Of a stretch of 45,599 nucleotides of DNA, positions 17,687 through 26,977 are shown one piece after another. Origin of the DNA: a bacterium (GTDB lineage Bacteria; Patescibacteriota; Minisyncoccia; Minisyncoccales; PEYH01); the NCBI GenBank assembly GCA_021163545.1, contig JAGGTU010000045.1:1-45599 (forward strand). Reading direction: 5' to 3'. The notes below the pieces were generated by a model. The model was not told the DNA's origin, searched no databases, and saw nothing but the letters and a program-made list of their open reading frames with translations. The stretch's first letter is position 1, and each line of letters begins with the position of its first letter. Position numbers and translations under genes: made by a program.

Positions 17687-17759
17687 GCCCCCGTAGCTCA
17701 ATTGGTAGAGCAATGGCCTTTTAAGCCAGAGGTTCCGCGTTCGAGTCGCGGCGGGGGCA
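17687..17759 (+). tRNA. tRNA-Lys (anticodon UUU)
   Basis: Manual cloverleaf: acceptor GCCCCCG/CGGGGGC, D arm GCTC-AATTGGTA-GAGC, anticodon loop CTTTTAA, T arm CCGCG-TTCGAGT-CGCGG, discriminator A. No CCA is encoded. Confidence 0.9.
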
Positions 17760-17799
17760 CTTAGACTTCTTTCTTGTATATTCGGAAAAAGAATCAAAA

Positions 17800-17830
17800 A
17801 GCCGGGCTTAAAGAAATCCTGGCTTTTTAT
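17800..17830 (+). terminator. intrinsic terminator after tRNA-Lys
   Basis: AGCCGGG...CCTGGCT hairpin followed by TTTTAT. Confidence 0.5.
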
Positions 17831-17840
17831 ATTCAGATGC

Positions 17841-17867
17841 TTGACAGGGTAAATAAAGGATTATAAT
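17841..17867 (+). promoter_or_regulatory. candidate sigma70 promoter of the methylthiotransferase gene
   Basis: TTGACA (17841-17846) and TATAAT (17862-17867), but the spacer is only 15 nt. The ATG lies 10 nt after the -10 box. Confidence 0.45.
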
Positions 17868-17877
17868 TTGCAAAAAA

Positions 17878-19158
17878 ATGAGAAAATTTTCTCTTATAAC
17901 TTATGGGTGTAAGTTGAACCAAGCAGATTCAGAGATAATCTACGGAATTTTGTCAGAAAAATTTCAGCCCTCATCAGAAGATGAGGCAGATTTTGTTGTG
18001 ATAAACAGTTGTGGAGTTATTGAAAAAACTCAAAGAAAAATAGAAAGAAAGATTCAGGTATTAAAAAAGAAGCACAAAAAAATAATTTTAGCAGGATGTC
18101 TTCCTCTTATTTCAGAAAAAATAATGAAGCAAGTTGATGGAGTTATAGGTCCTCAAAACGTTTTAGAAATTCAAGAGGTAGTAAATCAGGTATTTGAGGG
18201 AAGAAAACCTGTTTATCTTAATAAAACCCCAATTGACAAGGCCAAACTTTGCTCTCTCAAAATGAGAACTCCTTTTACTACTACGGCTATCATTCCAATT
18301 TCAGAAGGTTGTCTTGGAGAATGTGCCTATTGCGCAACAAAATTTGCTCGAGGAAAGTTATATAGTTTTTCTCAAGATTCTATTTTAAAAGAAATTAAAA
18401 TGGCTCTGCTTGAGGGATTTAAAGAGATACATTTAACATCACAGGATATTGCCTGTTTTGGGTTAGATAGAGGTAAATATGAATTGCCAGAATTGTTACA
18501 GAAGATTATAGAAATTCCCGGAAATTTTTGGGTGAGAATTGGAATGGGCAATCCCCAGCATTTTAAAAAAATTTTAAACCCTCTTCTTTCTCTTTATGAT
18601 TCCCCAAAAATTTATAAATATCTACATATTCCAGTACAAAGTGGTTCAGATAGGGTTTTAAAAGATATGAAAAGAGGATATAAGACAAAAGATTTTCTTG
18701 AAATTATTGAAGCTTTCAAAAAGAGATTTCCAGACCTTATGCTTGTAACCGATATTATTGTTGGCTATCCAACAGAAACCAAAGACGATTTCAAAAAAAC
18801 AGTTGATCTTATTAAGGAAGTCTCTCCCCGAATAGTTAATATTACTAAATTCTCAAAAAGAGAGAAAACAGAGGCTAGCTTACTAAAAGATTTACCAGAT
18901 AGAATAAAGACAGAAAGATCTCGTTTTTTAAATAGAATTTGTCTCAAAATTAAAGAAGAAGATAGTAAAAGATTTGTAGGGAGAGAAGAGAAAGTGTTAG
19001 TAATAAGAAGAGGAAAGAATAATACATTTCTTGCAAGACCCATACATTTTAGAGCTATTATTTTAAAAAATGCAAAAATTGGAAAGTTTTTGAGGGTTAA
19101 AATTAAAAAAGCAAAACCAAATTATCTAATAGGAGAAATAGTGCAACCAAATTCCTAA
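17878..19158 (+). CDS. MiaB/MtaB-family radical SAM tRNA methylthiotransferase
   Basis: N-terminal UPF0004-type cysteines, a radical SAM CLGECAYC (Cx3Cx2C) motif and a C-terminal TRAM-like region. Confidence 0.85.
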   Translation: MRKFSLITYGCKLNQADSEIIYGILSEKFQPSSEDEADFVVINSCGVIEKTQRKIERKIQVLKKKHKKIILAGCLPLISEKIMKQVDGVIGPQNVLEIQEVVNQVFEGRKPVYLNKTPIDKAKLCSLKMRTPFTTTAIIPISEGCLGECAYCATKFARGKLYSFSQDSILKEIKMALLEGFKEIHLTSQDIACFGLDRGKYELPELLQKIIEIPGNFWVRIGMGNPQHFKKILNPLLSLYDSPKIYKYLHIPVQSGSDRVLKDMKRGYKTKDFLEIIEAFKKRFPDLMLVTDIIVGYPTETKDDFKKTVDLIKEVSPRIVNITKFSKREKTEASLLKDLPDRIKTERSRFLNRICLKIKEEDSKRFVGREEKVLVIRRGKNNTFLARPIHFRAIILKNAKIGKFLRVKIKKAKPNYLIGEIVQPNS

Positions 19159-19174
19159 ATTAGCGTTATATTTT

Positions 19175-19747
19175 ATGTCAGGTGAATTTGAAAGAGATCT
19201 AGTTAAACGGGCTAAAAAAGACCCAGAAACCTTTGGGTTGATATATGACAAGTATTATCAGCCAATTTTTGGTTATATTTTAAGGCGTACAGCCAATGTT
19301 GCTCTTGCCGAAGACTTAACGGCTCAAACATTTTTAAAGGCTTTAAAAAACCTGTGGCGTTTTCGTTGGCAAAATGTGACAATTTCAGCTTGGCTTTATA
19401 GGATCGCAACAAATGAAGTGAATTCTTATTACCGGAAAAAGAAGGGTTTTAAAAATGTTTCTTTGGAGGAGGCTAAAAATTTAAAATCAGATATTAATGT
19501 ATTAGAAGAAATTCAGAAAGCTGAAGAAGAATTGCAAAAAGAAAAAGATTTTCTTTTGCTTCATAAAAAAATTGCTAAATTGAAACCCAAATATCAAACA
19601 GTAATTGCTTTGCGATTTTTTGAAAAAAAGAAAGTTTCAGAGATTGCTCAAATTTTAGGGAAGCCCGAGGGTACAATAAAAGCCCAAATTCATAGGGCGT
19701 TAAGGCAGCTTAAAAAATTATTAGAGGAAAACGAAACAAAAAATTAA
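19175..19747 (+). CDS. ECF-type sigma-70 family RNA polymerase sigma factor
   Basis: Region 2 (FGYILRRT...AEDLTAQTFLKA, WLYRIATNE) and region 4 (YQTVIALRFFEKKKVSEIAQILGKPEGTIKAQIHRA). Confidence 0.85.
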   Translation: MSGEFERDLVKRAKKDPETFGLIYDKYYQPIFGYILRRTANVALAEDLTAQTFLKALKNLWRFRWQNVTISAWLYRIATNEVNSYYRKKKGFKNVSLEEAKNLKSDINVLEEIQKAEEELQKEKDFLLLHKKIAKLKPKYQTVIALRFFEKKKVSEIAQILGKPEGTIKAQIHRALRQLKKLLEENETKN

Positions 19748-19765
19748 TTCTATCATTATATCAAT

Positions 19766-20551
19766 ATGGAAGAGCTTAAGAAAAAAATAAATCAAATAAA
19801 AAAACCGGAAATAGAGCTTCCTTATTTTAAAGCCGCTTTAAAGGGTAGATTACTCAAAGAACATCAAAAAATGGAGAAGCGTTTTCTTATTGCGCCTTTA
19901 TTAAAACCGGCTTTGGTTAGTCTACCTATTTTAATAATTTTGATTTTAGGAGTTTTAATACTGCCTCAACAGTTTATGGAAGCTCGTGCTCTGAAAATTG
20001 CAAAGGCTCACCCTGAAATTCAAAAGCTAATTCAAGAATACAATATTCGACCTACAGATATTAAATTGCAAGATCAAAAAGCCTATCTTTTATTTATGCC
20101 GGAGGAAACACCAGAAAACATATTGGAAGTAGAGAATCAAAAGAGGATGCTTTTGGAAATAGCTTCTGAAAAAGAAACTCTTAAAAAATCCGAAGGAGTT
20201 TTAGCAATAGTGGATTTGCAACGAAAAAATGTTGCCAGCATTAAAACAATAAGAGGTAGGGAAGTGGTGCCACTTACTTCACAGGAAGAACAATTAGTCA
20301 AAGAAGTTGTTGAGAAAGAAGAAGTTTTAAAAGAAATTCTGCCTCCTACAATAACCATCGAGAAGATAGAACCTGCTTTACCGGAAAAATTAAGATTAGA
20401 AAAAAAAGGTACGGAAATCCAGATAGCTCCCCCAAAAAATTTCGAAAAAAGGGCAAAGATATTATACAAAAGCGATGGTAAGAGATGGATGGTAGAGGTA
20501 AACTTACAGAAAAAAAAGATAGAAAAATTACAGTTAATCGGCAATCAATAA
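19766..20551 (+). CDS. single-pass membrane protein, possible anti-sigma factor
   Basis: One TM helix (PALVSLPILIILILGVLIL) and position directly after the ECF sigma gene. No zinc-binding anti-sigma motif is visible. Confidence 0.35.
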   Translation: MEELKKKINQIKKPEIELPYFKAALKGRLLKEHQKMEKRFLIAPLLKPALVSLPILIILILGVLILPQQFMEARALKIAKAHPEIQKLIQEYNIRPTDIKLQDQKAYLLFMPEETPENILEVENQKRMLLEIASEKETLKKSEGVLAIVDLQRKNVASIKTIRGREVVPLTSQEEQLVKEVVEKEEVLKEILPPTITIEKIEPALPEKLRLEKKGTEIQIAPPKNFEKRAKILYKSDGKRWMVEVNLQKKKIEKLQLIGNQ

Positions 20552-20595
20552 AGGTCAAATCAAATGAAGAAAATAATTAACTTTATTGATGGCTT

Positions 20596-21249
20596 ATGAG
20601 AAAGTTTATTGGAGGCATACTTCTTGCTGCAGTCCTTTTTCCCAGTTTTTCTCTTGCTTTAGAGGTTCCTCAAATAGGTGAGCCTACCACTTTTTCTGAA
20701 GCGATTTCACCATATTTGTCAAAATGCTGGCCTAGAGGTATTGAGGTACTCTCACCAAATGGAGGAGAGATATGGCAGAAAGGGAAGATTTATAAAATCA
20801 GGTGGACTCTTCTAAAAAACTTGAATGAGGAGCCTTCCCAAGAATGTCTCAATATAGAACACTATATGCCAAAAATGGTAAGAATGGATCTTATTAAATC
20901 TGATGGCACGTTTGTCAGACATATTGTCACCACAAGATTAAATAAATGGGAGTATTCTTGGAGGATCCCGTATTCGATACCTTCCTCAGATGACTATAAG
21001 ATAAGAATTAGGGTTTGGCCTTTGGGTTATTGGGAGTCTTTAAAGAAAAAATGTAAAGATAATCGATGCCCTGCAATTTGGCTCTGGGTTCCACATTGGA
21101 GCGACGAGAGTGATAGACCTTTTTCCATTGTAGATGAACCTCCTCTACCACCCCCTTATGATTTTCAACAGGTGATCAGTCTGTTGGAAGATATAGCTCA
21201 ACAGTTAAATCAAGCCATCAGCCTTCTTACATCCTTGCTTAGAAGCTAA
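20596..21249 (+). CDS. secreted hypothetical protein
   Basis: Signal-peptide-like N-terminus MRKFIGGILLAAVLFPSFSLALE. A GGEIWQKGKIYKIRW beta-rich module is present. Confidence 0.5.
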   Translation: MRKFIGGILLAAVLFPSFSLALEVPQIGEPTTFSEAISPYLSKCWPRGIEVLSPNGGEIWQKGKIYKIRWTLLKNLNEEPSQECLNIEHYMPKMVRMDLIKSDGTFVRHIVTTRLNKWEYSWRIPYSIPSSDDYKIRIRVWPLGYWESLKKKCKDNRCPAIWLWVPHWSDESDRPFSIVDEPPLPPPYDFQQVISLLEDIAQQLNQAISLLTSLLRS

Positions 21250-21268
21250 AATTAATTTCTGTTGATTT

Positions 21269-21305
21269 CTCAAAGGCGCCCGTCATCTTGGCGGGCGCCT
21301 TTGAG
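21269..21305. terminator. 14 bp GC-rich hairpin, possible terminator
   Basis: CTCAAAGGCGCCCG-9 nt-CGGGCGCCTTTGAG. There is no clean U tract on either strand. Confidence 0.45.
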
Positions 21306-21389
21306 GTTGATAAAAATAACAATTACCCATTTTTTCTGAGCTTCTTCTTTTCAAAATCAAGAAGTTTGGGTAAAATAAATACAATATCC

Positions 21390-22427
21390 ATGAGAAAATT
21401 ATTTTTCTTTATTTTACTTTTAATTGGTATCGGTTTATTTGTTTTTGCGTTATATTCCACCGATCTATCTGAAGTAACATCGGCCCTGTTAAAATTATGG
21501 CCATATAAATTTCTTATAATCCTCTCATGTTTATTTTTGGGAGAAATTTTAATAAGTGCTCTGCGATGGTTCTTGATTTTAAAAACTCAAGATCAGAATC
21601 TAAGATTTCGCCCTCTTTATTTTGCAAAATTAGTTGGGTTTTCGTTCAGTTATTTGACACCAGTTGTATTTTTTGGAGGCGAGCCTGTAAGATATGCTAT
21701 TTTAAAGGAAGAGACTGATGTTCCTTCAAAATATATTATTTCTTCTATCATTCTTGAAAAGCTTATTTTGTTTTTAATTTCAACTATTTATTTTTTTATT
21801 GGGGTTTTTGTTTTCGTATTTTATTTGCCCGTAAATTTATTTACCAAACTCCTGATAATCGGTGTAGTGTTTCTTGGATGTCTTTTTGGCTTTTTCCTTT
21901 ATTTAAAACTTCGATCAATTACTCTCAAAGAGGGTCTATTTTCTTGGCTAATGAAGAAACTCTATCTTTCAAAGATTAGAATTTTCAAAGAGAAAGAAGG
22001 AACCATCAAAGAGGTTGAGCGCGAGATAAGTCGTTTTTTTGCTGCGGATAAAAAAATTCTTTTTCAAATATTCATAATGGGAGGCGTTGAAATTTTTCTT
22101 ATAATTTTATCCTTCTGGCTTATTATTATTTTTCAAGGCAAATATTTGGATCTTTTTAAAATTTTTGCTATAAATAGTATGACAGCTCTTGCTGCTTCCG
22201 TGCCTCTTCCGGCTGCTTTAGGAAGTCTTGAGGTAAGCCAAGCTTTTCTTTTTCAATTTTTTAATTTGTCTCAAGCCAGCGGAGTTGCGTTTAGTTTGAT
22301 TTTTAGGGGCATTAATTTGCTTTTTGCATGTTTTGGTATAATTTTCTTCTTGTATTTTCAAATTCGAATTTTGAAGAAAAAAATCCTTGATTTTGTCCAA
22401 AAAATTGCAAAATTCTATGAGAAATAA
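21390..22427 (+). CDS. polytopic membrane protein, UPF0104/lysyl-phosphatidylglycerol-synthase-TM-like (flippase-like) family
   Basis: Eight or more TM helices with a family-like N-terminal layout. ATG at 21390 (MRKLFFFILLL) is preferred, because the ORF-track start at 21288 lies inside the upstream hairpin. Confidence 0.5.
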   Translation: MRKLFFFILLLIGIGLFVFALYSTDLSEVTSALLKLWPYKFLIILSCLFLGEILISALRWFLILKTQDQNLRFRPLYFAKLVGFSFSYLTPVVFFGGEPVRYAILKEETDVPSKYIISSIILEKLILFLISTIYFFIGVFVFVFYLPVNLFTKLLIIGVVFLGCLFGFFLYLKLRSITLKEGLFSWLMKKLYLSKIRIFKEKEGTIKEVEREISRFFAADKKILFQIFIMGGVEIFLIILSFWLIIIFQGKYLDLFKIFAINSMTALAASVPLPAALGSLEVSQAFLFQFFNLSQASGVAFSLIFRGINLLFACFGIIFFLYFQIRILKKKILDFVQKIAKFYEK

Positions 22428-23619
22428 ATCATTCAAAATAGGCATTTTAGTTGTTGGCATTCTCCTCCTTATAGGAGTCTCTTTAAGTATTGGGTTTTAT
22501 CTAGGTCTGCAACAAGTACCAAAACCGCCAGAAAACCTACCCTCAGGAGTAGACCTTTCTGTTTTATGGGAGGTTTGGGATGCTTTAGAGAAAAGATTCA
22601 TTGGAGAGCTAGATTATCAAAATATGATTTATGGCGCTGCAAAGGGGTTAGCGCAAAGCTTGAATGATCCTTATACTGTTTTTTACACGCCTGAGGAAAG
22701 TAAAATGTTTTTAGAAGATATCTCAGGCAGTTTTGAAGGGGTGGGGATGGAAATAGGTATAAGAGACGGGCAGCTAACAGTAATTGCTCCACTTGAGGGA
22801 ACACCCGCAAAGAGAGCAGGTATTTTGCCAGGAGATAAAATTATCAAAATCGAAGACATTTATACAAGAGATTTAACTATTTATGAAGCAGTGAAAATGA
22901 TTAGGGGCGAAAAAGGAACAACAGTGAAGCTAACTATTTTTAGAGAGGGATGGGATGAACCAAAAGAAATTGAAATTACAAGAGATGTAATTAATATTCC
23001 CTCAGTAAAAGTAGAGATTTTAGATGACAATATTGCCCATTTAATCATTTATCAGTTTAATGAGAATACAACTTTTCAATTCATACAAGCCGCACAAATT
23101 ATAGAAAATAGCAATGCAAAGAAGATCATTTTGGATCTTAGAAATAATCCGGGCGGGTTATTAGATAAAGTTCAGGAGATTGCCGGATGGTTTTTAGAAA
23201 AGGGTAAGGTTGTTGCAAAAGCTCAATATGCCGATGGCACGGAAGAAGTTTATAAAGTTAAAGGTCCGGCTACATTTTTAAACTATCCGCTTGTTATTTT
23301 GATTAATCAGGGAACTGCCTCGGGAGCAGAAATTTTAGCAGCCGCTTTGAGAGAACAAAGAGATGATGTAAAATTAATAGGGGAGAAAACCTTTGGTAAG
23401 GGCTCGGTGCAGGAAACAGTAAATATTGGTAGAATAAAGATAGAAGGGTTACTAAAAGTTACCACCGCCCATTGGTTTACACCAAAAGGACGACTTATTG
23501 ATAAGAAAGGTTTAGAGCCGGATATCAAAATAGAGCTTACTCAGGAGGATATAGAACAAGGAAAAGACCCACAGCTTGAAAAAGCCAAAGAAATATTAAG
23601 CCAAATAACAAAACCATGA
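22417..23619 (+). CDS. S41-family C-terminal processing peptidase with PDZ domain
   Basis: PDZ domain ([17 protein letters not shown]), plus [16 protein letters not shown] and FGKGSVQ. ATG at 22417 is preferred over the TTG at 22387. Confidence 0.85.
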   Translation: MRNKSFKIGILVVGILLLIGVSLSIGFYLGLQQVPKPPENLPSGVDLSVLWEVWDALEKRFIGELDYQNMIYGAAKGLAQSLNDPYTVFYTPEESKMFLEDISGSFEGVGMEIGIRDGQLTVIAPLEGTPAKRAGILPGDKIIKIEDIYTRDLTIYEAVKMIRGEKGTTVKLTIFREGWDEPKEIEITRDVINIPSVKVEILDDNIAHLIIYQFNENTTFQFIQAAQIIENSNAKKIILDLRNNPGGLLDKVQEIAGWFLEKGKVVAKAQYADGTEEVYKVKGPATFLNYPLVILINQGTASGAEILAAALREQRDDVKLIGEKTFGKGSVQETVNIGRIKIEGLLKVTTAHWFTPKGRLIDKKGLEPDIKIELTQEDIEQGKDPQLEKAKEILSQITKP

Positions 23620-24071
23620 AGGTCATCCTTTTAAAAGACATAGAAAAATTAGGAAAAAAATATGAAGTTAAAGAGGTATCAGATGGCTATGCTAGGAATT
23701 TTCTTATAAGAAGAGGGCTTGCAAAACCTGCAACAGAAAAGCTTATTAAATGGGCCGAAGAACAAAGAAAATTGGCAGAAAAAAAAGCCCAAGAGCAATT
23801 AAAGAAAGTCCAAAAATTAGCCTCTAAATTAGATGGACAGGAGATTGAATTTGTTGTTAAAGTAGGCAAGCAAGAAGAGCTTTTTGAGAGCATAAATCAG
23901 ATGAAGATAGCCAAAAAATTAAAAGAAATGGGATTTGATATTAAGAAAACTCAAGTTGAACTTGAGAAACCCATCAAAGAACTGGGCGAATTCCCTGTAA
24001 AAATAAATTTAGACCAAGGGCTTGAGGCGGAAATAAGAGTAATTGTGGTTTCTGAGGAAGAAAACGAATAA
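23616..24071 (+). CDS. rplI: 50S ribosomal protein L9
   Basis: [36 protein letters not shown]. Confidence 0.9.
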   Translation: MKVILLKDIEKLGKKYEVKEVSDGYARNFLIRRGLAKPATEKLIKWAEEQRKLAEKKAQEQLKKVQKLASKLDGQEIEFVVKVGKQEELFESINQMKIAKKLKEMGFDIKKTQVELEKPIKELGEFPVKINLDQGLEAEIRVIVVSEEENE

Positions 24072-24074
24072 AGA

Positions 24075-24347
24075 TTACTCTACATTGACAACTTTGACAA
24101 TTCGTTGAGTGCCATCAAATTTTCTTTTTCTTTTTGTAAGAAAGCGTACAATACCTGCTTTCTTGGCATAAAGGGTGTCGTCCTTTCCTCTATCTACATT
24201 TTTACCTGGCAGAAATTTTGTACCTCGCTGTCTCACTATAATCATGCCTGGATTAACCTTTTGTCCACCAAAAACCTTAACCCCTAAATATTTAGGTCTT
24301 GAATCCCTTCCTAATTTTGTTGATCCAGCGGATTTAGTCTTTGCCAT
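24075..24347 (-). CDS. rpmA: 50S ribosomal protein L27
   Basis: [31 protein letters not shown]...[10 protein letters not shown]. Confidence 0.93.
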   Translation of the reverse strand: MAKTKSAGSTKLGRDSRPKYLGVKVFGGQKVNPGMIIVRQRGTKFLPGKNVDRGKDDTLYAKKAGIVRFLTKRKRKFDGTQRIVKVVNVE

Positions 24348-24380
24348 ACCAGTATATCAATTATTATTTATCGTTAATCA

Positions 24381-25106
24381 ATGAATTGTAGCAGAAAAAG
24401 AAGCTCCGGTCAAGATAATATAAAAATTCCGTATCATCTTGGTATTATTATGGATGGCAACAGAAGATGGGCAAGACATCATGGTTTGCCAACACTTTCG
24501 GGCCATAAAAAAGGACTTGATACTTTCAAAAAAATAGCAAGATATTGCTATAAAAAAGGCGTCAAAATTCTAACAGTCTTTGCATTTTCAACTGAGAATT
24601 GGAATAGGTCAAAAAAAGAGGTAAATTATTTAATGAAACTTTTTGAGTCAATGCTTACAGATAAGAACCTAGAAGAATTGAATAAGAAGGGGGTAAAAAT
24701 AAATATAATAGGACAGAAATGGCGACTACCAAAAAAGTTACAAAAGAAGATTAAAGAAGTAGAACAAATAACTAGAAAAAATAGAAAAGCAATTTTAAAT
24801 ATAGCCCTTTCCTATGGAGGCAGAGCGGATATAGTTCAGGCAATAAAAAAAATTGTAAAATTAAAAATACCCTCAAGGGAAATTGATGAAACCCTTGTTT
24901 CAAAATACTTATGGACCAAAGGGCTTCCTGATCCTGATTTAATTATTAGAACAGGCAAGGAAAAAAGAATCTCCAATTTTTTAATCTGGCAATCTGCCTA
25001 TTCTGAACTTTATTTTTCTAACAAACACTGGCCAGAGTTTACAGAGGAAGATCTTGAAAAAGCTTTTTTAGATTACTCAAACCGCCAAAGACGCTTTGGT
25101 AAATAA
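24381..25106 (+). CDS. uppS: undecaprenyl diphosphate synthase (cis-prenyltransferase)
   Basis: HLGIIMDGNRRWA, FAFSTENWNRS and RTGKEKRISNFLIWQSAYSELYF. Confidence 0.9.
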   Translation: MNCSRKRSSGQDNIKIPYHLGIIMDGNRRWARHHGLPTLSGHKKGLDTFKKIARYCYKKGVKILTVFAFSTENWNRSKKEVNYLMKLFESMLTDKNLEELNKKGVKINIIGQKWRLPKKLQKKIKEVEQITRKNRKAILNIALSYGGRADIVQAIKKIVKLKIPSREIDETLVSKYLWTKGLPDPDLIIRTGKEKRISNFLIWQSAYSELYFSNKHWPEFTEEDLEKAFLDYSNRQRRFGK

Positions 25107-25115
25107 GTTTTATTA

Positions 25116-25511
25116 ATGCAAGAGATAGAGATTGCTACAACTCAAAAACACGAGCTAATAGATATAACTGAGGCGATACAAGAGGAAATTCGAAAAGCCA
25201 ACATCCAGACTGGCTTAATTTTTATATTTTCTCTTCATACAACCTCGGGCATTTTGATAACCGAAAATGAAGAAGGTCTCAAAGAAGATTGGATGCAATT
25301 TTTCAAGAAGATCACTTCAGGTATTGACTATCATCACGATCATTTAGATGGTAATGCTCCTTCTCATATTTTTGCAGGAATATTAGGACAAGGCACATTG
25401 GTGCCCATTAGAAATGGAAGATTGGTTCTGGGCACGTGGCAGAGAATTTTTTTAGCAGAACTCGATGGGCCAAGAAATCGTAAAATAGCGCTGCAATTTA
25501 TTAAAAATTAA
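25116..25511 (+). CDS. YjbQ/UPF0047 family protein (secondary thiamine-phosphate synthase-like)
   Basis: HTTSGILITENEEG...HIFAGILG...LGTWQRIFLAELDGPRNR. Confidence 0.8.
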   Translation: MQEIEIATTQKHELIDITEAIQEEIRKANIQTGLIFIFSLHTTSGILITENEEGLKEDWMQFFKKITSGIDYHHDHLDGNAPSHIFAGILGQGTLVPIRNGRLVLGTWQRIFLAELDGPRNRKIALQFIKN

Positions 25512-25523
25512 TCTCTAAATAAT

Positions 25524-26102
25524 ATGCGCAAGACAAAAATTCTGCTTTTAATTCTTTTGACGATCTTGCTCTTTTTGGTCGCCGGTATAGTTTATCTTTC
25601 ACAGTCTTCCAAAAAGGAGACTGCACCTTCCATCTTAGAGGAAGAATTAACAAAACCAAGTTCTATGAAAATTTCAAGCCCTGCCTTTGAGAACAATCAG
25701 TTTATTCCTGTTAAATATACCTGTGATGGTGAAAATATAAATCCTCCTTTGAAAATTGAGGATGTTCCCGAAGGAACAAAAACCCTGGCTTTGATTGTAG
25801 ATGATCCAGATGCACCAATGGGAGTTTGGAGTCATTGGGTGTTGTTTAACATCGATCCATCGGTTCAATTTATTGAGGAAAACTCTTATCCTGAAGGAGC
25901 AATTCAAGGGTTAAATGATTTTAAAAAACATTCATATGGAGGACCCTGTCCGCCATCAGGCGCACATCGCTATTATTTTAGGTTGTATGCATTGGATACA
26001 ATACTTGATCTTTCATCTGAAGCAACAAGAGAAGATGTGTTGAAAACTATCAAAGATCATATCTTAGCCTCGGCTGAATTAATGGGTTTATATCAAAGAT
26101 AA
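25524..26102 (+). CDS. YbhB/YbcL (PEBP) family protein with an N-terminal membrane anchor or signal
   Basis: DDPDAP...WSHWVLFNI...GPCPPSGAHRYYFRLYALD. Confidence 0.85.
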   Translation: MRKTKILLLILLTILLFLVAGIVYLSQSSKKETAPSILEEELTKPSSMKISSPAFENNQFIPVKYTCDGENINPPLKIEDVPEGTKTLALIVDDPDAPMGVWSHWVLFNIDPSVQFIEENSYPEGAIQGLNDFKKHSYGGPCPPSGAHRYYFRLYALDTILDLSSEATREDVLKTIKDHILASAELMGLYQR

Positions 26103-26104
26103 AA

Positions 26105-26926
26105 ATGGAAAAAGTTGTTTTAGTTGATTTAAACGATAATCCAATTGGAGTCGAGGAAAAACTAAAAGCTCACAGAGAAGGGAAACTTCATCGAGCCTTC
26201 TCCATTTTTATTTTTGACCCAAAAAAAGAAAAAATTCTTCTGCAGAAGCGTCACAAAGATAAATATCATTCTGGAGGGCTATGGACAAATACCTGCTGTT
26301 CTCATCCAAGACCTAATGAGTCTCTCAAAGAAGCAGCCCACCGACGGTTAAAAGAAGAAATGGGATTTGATTGTAAATTGCAACATCTTTTTTCTTTTAT
26401 TTATAGGACAGATTTTGGACAAATAAAGGAATTTGAGATTGACCATATCTTTGTTGGTTGTTATCAAGGAGAAGTTAAACCTGACCCAAAAGAGGTAGAA
26501 GATTTTAAATGGGCCAAAATTAATGATGTTCTAAAAGATTTAAAAGAAAAACCAGATAAATATACCGTTTGGTTTCGTTTGAGCTTTGAAAAAGTTATAA
26601 ATTTACTGAAAATGTTATCTTTAAATTTCAAAGAGTATCAAAAACTTTCAAGAAAAACAGCAATCTATCCAGACAAAGATAAGAATTTTATTTTTCCAGC
26701 TCTAGGATTAGCAGGAGAAACAGGGGAGGTGATTGAGAGGATAAAAAAAATTATCAGGGATAAAAAGAAAATGGAAGAGGAGGATAAAAAAGAGCTTAAA
26801 AAAGAGTTAGGAGATGTTTTATGGTATTTATCTCAACTTGCCAGCGAGTTAAATTTATCATTAGAAGAGATCGCTCAGGAAAACCTTAAGAAAATTGCTG
26901 AAAAATATAATAAAAAAATACCCTAG
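26105..26926 (+). CDS. idi: type 1 isopentenyl-diphosphate delta-isomerase (Nudix) fused to a MazG-like NTP pyrophosphohydrolase domain
   Basis: The N-terminal ~165 aa carry LHRAFSIFIFD...LLQKRH..K.HSGGLWTNTCCSHP. The C-terminal ~100 aa carry LGLAGETGEV...ELGDVLWYLSQLA, typical of the all-alpha MazG family. Confidence 0.75.
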   Translation: MEKVVLVDLNDNPIGVEEKLKAHREGKLHRAFSIFIFDPKKEKILLQKRHKDKYHSGGLWTNTCCSHPRPNESLKEAAHRRLKEEMGFDCKLQHLFSFIYRTDFGQIKEFEIDHIFVGCYQGEVKPDPKEVEDFKWAKINDVLKDLKEKPDKYTVWFRLSFEKVINLLKMLSLNFKEYQKLSRKTAIYPDKDKNFIFPALGLAGETGEVIERIKKIIRDKKKMEEEDKKELKKELGDVLWYLSQLASELNLSLEEIAQENLKKIAEKYNKKIP

Positions 26927-26977
26927 TGCCACACCTTAATATTAAGCGACATTTCTGCACTTGGACATTATTCGTTA

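Noticed and set aside
26934-26945. 12 bp palindrome CTTAATATTAAG just downstream of the Xer recombinase gene as a dif-like site
   Set aside because: It is short and AT-rich in an AT-rich genome. The flanks do not give the two 11 bp arms plus 6-8 bp spacer expected of dif sites. It cannot be supported without comparison to relatives.
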